DNA of 10,374 nucleotides from a virus (Duplodnaviria; Heunggongvirae; Uroviricota; Caudoviricetes): IMG/VR virus record IMGVR_UViG_2778261513_000006, positions 1 to 10,374 of that record; one strand, 5' to 3'. Shown piece by piece: positions 7,414 to 10,374 of this stretch (position 1 is its first letter; each line of letters starts with the position of its first letter). The notes under the pieces were generated by a model. It saw only the letters and a program-made list of their open reading frames with translations, ran no database searches and was not told where the DNA came from. The position numbers and the translations under genes were made by a program.

Positions 7414-8426
7414 TTTAAATTAAACAGTGGGTTTTTTGTTACCGCATCTTCTAGGTGGTCAGGGGAAAAGTGGGCATAAATCATCGTCATTTTTATATCC
7501 ACATGGCCCAGAATATCGCGTAGTACCAGTATGTTTCCGCCGTTCATCATAAAATGGCTGGCGAATGTATGACGTAATACATGGGTGCATTGCCCCTCCG
7601 GAAGTTCAATACCGGCCCGCTTTACTGCACGCTCAAAGGCTTTTCTGCATGGCGTGAATAACTTCCCTCTGTGCTTGGGGAGTTCGTCATATAGTTCCTG
7701 TGATATCGGTACTGTTCTGTTTTTCTTACCTTTTGTCTTTATATAAGTAATTCGGTATTTCGATATTTGGTGGCCATGCAGGTTTTCGGCTTCGCTCCAA
7801 CGTGCGCCGGTAGCCAAACATATTTTGGCAATCATTAATAAGCTGGGGCTTTGAGATTCAGCACATGCAGCCAACAGGCGCTTGATTTCGTCCATGGAAA
7901 GAAAAGCCAGCTCACCTTCGGCAATTTTGAAGGTTGGAAGTCCTGCCAGCGGGTTTGGTGCTGACCAGTGTCCTAGTTTTTTTAATGTACCGAACACCGA
8001 TGATAGATTGCGCTGTTCGAGGTTTACCGTGCGGGGCTTAACGGGCGACATAAGCGTCCCATCTTCATTTCGTACTTCACCTTTTAACCGTGCTTCGCGG
8101 TATTTCGTAAAGTCACCGGCTGTCAGTTCTGAGGCGATGGGGTCGCCTAGACCATTACAGATAATTCTAAGTTTCGCCATGAGGCGCTTGGGGTCTGCGA
8201 GTGTCTGACCATACAGGGAATACCAAAGCTCAATTAATTCTGATAGGTGTCGCCGATCATCCTTTTCTCCTAACCACGGTTTTTTGTTCACTTCTTCCAT
8301 TGTGAAGCTTTCAAACGCAATGGCTTCGCCTTTGGTAGCAAATTGCTTACGCACGCGCTTACCATTGCGTCCATTGGGATAGCACTCACACAACCATTTT
8401 CCGTTCGGCTGTTTTCTGATGGTCAT
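7407..8426 (-). CDS. int: Tyrosine site-specific integrase, P2/186 phage integrase family
   Basis: 339-aa ORF. N-terminus MTIRKQPNGKW...GRNGKRVRKQF resembles the P2-type Int arm-binding N-terminus as I recall it. Catalytic-domain motifs are present: LATGARWSEAENL (box I Arg), HVLRHTFASHFMMNGG (H-x-x-R) and ILGHVDIKMTMIYAHF (catalytic Tyr). ATG at 8424-8426 lies 3 nt after the cI stop. Confidence 0.95.
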   Translation of the reverse strand: MTIRKQPNGKWLCECYPNGRNGKRVRKQFATKGEAIAFESFTMEEVNKKPWLGEKDDRRHLSELIELWYSLYGQTLADPKRLMAKLRIICNGLGDPIASELTAGDFTKYREARLKGEVRNEDGTLMSPVKPRTVNLEQRNLSSVFGTLKKLGHWSAPNPLAGLPTFKIAEGELAFLSMDEIKRLLAACAESQSPSLLMIAKICLATGARWSEAENLHGHQISKYRITYIKTKGKKNRTVPISQELYDELPKHRGKLFTPCRKAFERAVKRAGIELPEGQCTHVLRHTFASHFMMNGGNILVLRDILGHVDIKMTMIYAHFSPDHLEDAVTKNPLFNLKW

Positions 8427-8429
8427 AAG

Positions 8430-9062
8430 TTAGAGGTTCTTGATTACTTTGACTGCACGTCCTACGACTTCCACATCATCTACAGAACATTCAAATGAAG
8501 TGTCATCTTGGTTAACTACTATTTTGTTTCCGGGTATGCGCGCAATTTTAACGATGCTTTTAACTCCGTCCATATCGACTAACCAGAAGCCATTACTGAC
8601 TTGTTTAACGGACGTATCCACTACAAAGCTATTATTAGCTGTTTTAACAAATAAAGCGTTGGATGAGTCACCATCGAGCAGGCTGCTATCAAGAAGAATT
8701 TCATCACTTGGCTGCAGTTCGCCGTTCTTCAGTTCAACACGTTTGATGCTAGGAGCAACGATCTTAGAAAGTGGTCTTACAGTGACAGGAGGTTCATTTT
8801 TGAGATTTGTTTCTTCGTTCTCACACGCATACATATCTCCTTGACCAGTAGCCAGCCATAGAAGGGAAGCTCCTGTTTCAAGGGCACATTGAATTACCCA
8901 TTCGGCAGGAAAGCTATCCCTTAAGTATCTGTTAGCCATAGTGCTTTTTGATACTTCCAGATGTTCGCAGAGCTGCTGTCGTGAGCTGAAGTTGTAAGCC
9001 TTAATAAGCCTGTTAATTGCATCGCGCCCACCACTATCATTTCCCGCCTTTATTAAACTCAT
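8430..9062 (-). CDS. cI: CI-like immunity repressor (helix-turn-helix N-terminal domain; 186 CI-type architecture)
   Basis: The track ORF starts at a TTG at 9066-9068; the in-frame ATG at 9060-9062 with AAGAGG 7 nt upstream is the more likely start (210 aa, MSLIKAG...). HTH-like segment SSRQQLCEHLEVSKSTMANRYLRD. Located immediately upstream of int on the same strand and divergent from the rightward early operon. Family assignment is by synteny and architecture, not a verified alignment. Confidence 0.8.
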   Translation of the reverse strand: MSLIKAGNDSGGRDAINRLIKAYNFSSRQQLCEHLEVSKSTMANRYLRDSFPAEWVIQCALETGASLLWLATGQGDMYACENEETNLKNEPPVTVRPLSKIVAPSIKRVELKNGELQPSDEILLDSSLLDGDSSNALFVKTANNSFVVDTSVKQVSNGFWLVDMDGVKSIVKIARIPGNKIVVNQDDTSFECSVDDVEVVGRAVKVIKNL

Positions 9063-9073
9063 AATCAAACCTC

Positions 9074-9102
9074 TTGACGTATATAAAAAGTGATCCTAAT
9101 AT
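9074..9102 (+). promoter_or_regulatory. Candidate sigma-70 rightward lytic promoter (pR-like) of the immunity switch
   Basis: TTGACG (9074-9079), 17-nt spacer, TAATAT (9097-9102); near-consensus -35 and -10. About 75 nt upstream of the apl-like start and overlapping the cI ribosome-binding region on the opposite strand. Confidence 0.5.
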
Positions 9103-9178
9103 CCATTTATGGTTTGAAAAGCAAAACCAAACCACATAAAACAAGATAAAACGAAACCAAACTAAGAGATACTGCACT

Positions 9179-9421
9179 ATGAGTACTGATATTTCAATTC
9201 GTGTACCAAAAGAGATGGCAACGCCTGCTGAGTTCGCGGAATGGGAAGGTATCTCCCGCGGCTCCGTGTATCAAAAAATTCACCATGGTCAGCTTGCTAA
9301 ATACATGGTCAAGAAAGAAAAAAACAAAGGCCGCGTAAGCCTGCGTTATTTAATGTACAAAACCGATCAGGTCCGTGAATCCCTCGGTCATTCCAACTTC
9401 CGCGTCATTGTTGGTAAGTAA
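9179..9421 (+). CDS. Apl/Cox-like small HTH protein (excisionase / early-lytic regulator position in 186/P2-type phages)
   Basis: 80-aa ORF, ATG 9179 with AAGAGA upstream, stop TAA 9419-9421. HTH-like TPAEFAEWEGISRGSVYQKIHHGQL. It is the first gene of the rightward operon between cI and the cII-like gene, the position of apl in 186 and cox in P2. Confidence 0.65.
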   Translation: MSTDISIRVPKEMATPAEFAEWEGISRGSVYQKIHHGQLAKYMVKKEKNKGRVSLRYLMYKTDQVRESLGHSNFRVIVGK

Positions 9422-9453
9422 GTTCAATTATGAGAACTTTCTAAGGGGGTAGC

Positions 9454-9963
9454 ATGTTTGATTATAAGATTTCCAAACACCCGCATTTTGATGAAGCCTG
9501 TAGAGCTTTTGCACTACATCACAATATGGCGAAGCTGGCAGAACGTGCAGGAATGAATGTTCAGACACTGCGAAACAAACTCAACCCAGATCAACCGCAT
9601 CAGCTCAATGCGCCAGAAATCTGGCTGCTTACCGATCTGACAGAAGACTCAACGCTGATAGATGGTTTTCTGGCACAGATTCACTGCCTGCCATGTGTAC
9701 CGATTAATGAGGTAGCAAAAGAGAAACTGCCACATTACGTCATGAGTGCAACCGCAGAGATCGGGCGTGTTGCGGCAGGTGCGGTTTCTGGCGATGTAAA
9801 AACCAGTGCAGGCCGTCGTGATGCGATCAGCAGCATTAACTCTGTTACACGACTGATGGCGCTGGCGGCTGTTTCATTGCAGGCCCGTTTACAGGCTAAT
9901 CCTGCGATGGCGAGTGCAGTTGATACCGTGACTGGCCTCGGTGCTTCATTCGGTTTGCTGTGA
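9454..9963 (+). CDS. cII: CII-like transcriptional activator (phage 186 CII type)
   Basis: 169-aa ORF with strong RBS AAGGGGG 4-5 nt before ATG 9454. Size equals the 169 aa I recall for 186 CII. HTH-like HNMAKLAERAGMNVQTLRNKLNP. Located directly after the apl-like gene. Assigned by synteny, size and architecture. Confidence 0.75.
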   Translation: MFDYKISKHPHFDEACRAFALHHNMAKLAERAGMNVQTLRNKLNPDQPHQLNAPEIWLLTDLTEDSTLIDGFLAQIHCLPCVPINEVAKEKLPHYVMSATAEIGRVAAGAVSGDVKTSAGRRDAISSINSVTRLMALAAVSLQARLQANPAMASAVDTVTGLGASFGLL

Positions 9964-9970
9964 GGTGCTT

Positions 9971-10171
9971 ATGCTGACGAAAGAACCATCATTTGCATCG
10001 CTGCTGGTAAAACAAAGTCCGGCAATGCACTACGGTCACGGCTGGATCATGGGTGAGGATGGTAAACGCTGGCATCCGTGCCGTTCGCAAGATGAATTGT
10101 TGGCAGAACTATCAACGAAAAAACGGGGGAACAAATGGCTATTGAAGGCGCTGCGGCGACTGTTCCATTAA
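9971..10171 (+). CDS. Small hypothetical early phage protein (66 aa), in the position downstream of cII
   Basis: ATG at 9971 preceded by GAGGTG (9962-9967), which overlaps the cII stop TGA (9961-9963). The track ORF uses an upstream GTG at 9941. Basic C-terminus (KKRGNKWLLKALRRLFH). No recognisable motif. Confidence 0.5.
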   Translation: MLTKEPSFASLLVKQSPAMHYGHGWIMGEDGKRWHPCRSQDELLAELSTKKRGNKWLLKALRRLFH

Positions 10172-10374
10172 GCCCCGGTGAACGCCTGAATGGACTTAAT
10201 CACATTGCGGAATTAAGAGCGAAAGTTTTTGGTCTTAATATTGAGTCAGAGCTTGAGCGGTTTATTAAAGATATGCGTGATCCACGGGATATTAATAGCG
10301 AACAAAATAAACGGGCACTGGCTGCCATATTCTTTATGGCAAAAATTCCAGCTGAACGTCATAGCATCAGCATT
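10135..10374 (+). CDS. Hypothetical early phage protein, 3'-partial (runs off the window; at least 80 aa)
   Basis: ATG at 10135 with GGGGGA 4 nt upstream. I translated it by hand to MAIEGAAATVPLSPGERLNGLNHIAELRAKVFGLNIESELERFIKDMRDPRDINSEQNKRALAAIFFMAKIPAERHSISI with no stop before the window end. Absent from the ORF track because no stop codon lies in the window. Overlaps the preceding small ORF by 37 nt in another frame. Confidence 0.45.
   Translation, partial: MAIEGAAATVPLSPGERLNGLNHIAELRAKVFGLNIESELERFIKDMRDPRDINSEQNKRALAAIFFMAKIPAERHSISI

Larger units (their letters stand above)
5705..10374. mobile_element. Left end of a P2/186-family temperate prophage (att core, cargo gene, int, cI, switch, apl-like, cII-like, early ORFs); continues beyond the right window edge
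   Basis: Gene order and orientation: leftward cI then int (stop and start 3 nt apart), rightward Apl/Cox-like then CII-like from a divergent/face-to-face switch region, P2-type tyrosine integrase next to a tRNA-like att core. This matches the 186/P2 immunity-integration module. Confidence 0.85.

Noticed and set aside
7882-8208. 108-aa plus-strand ORF
   Set aside because: Lies antisense inside the well-supported integrase gene; spurious.
8440-8844. 134-aa plus-strand ORF
   Set aside because: Lies antisense inside the CI-like repressor gene; Ser/Thr/Leu-rich and low-complexity.

Overview
The window is a mosaic of horizontally acquired DNA with two parts. Right part (about 5705 to the window end): the left end of a P2/186-family temperate prophage. 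It reads, from the boundary inward: a 38-bp attachment-site core that looks like the tRNA-like 3' region of the tmRNA gene ssrA; an AT-rich 513-aa cargo gene; a tyrosine integrase; a CI-like repressor; a face-to-face switch region; then rightward Apl/Cox-like and CII-like genes and two small early ORFs. The cargo gene is the main candidate for an undescribed system: it sits between int and att, is translationally coupled to int (start overlaps the int stop), is far more AT-rich than the phage backbone, and carries a PD-(D/E)xK-like nuclease motif (D320, D333-A-K335). I interpret it as a candidate single-gene, lysogen-expressed anti-phage or abortive-infection nuclease; this is inference from sequence only. 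Left part (1 to about 5700): a decayed older island containing an AT-rich ORF of unknown function, a multiply frameshifted serine recombinase relic, and an AIDA-I/Ag43-type autotransporter adhesin pseudogene split by a frameshift in a G5 run. No rRNA, intact tRNA or CRISPR array was seen. All homology statements rest on motifs read by eye and recalled family features; no database search was possible.
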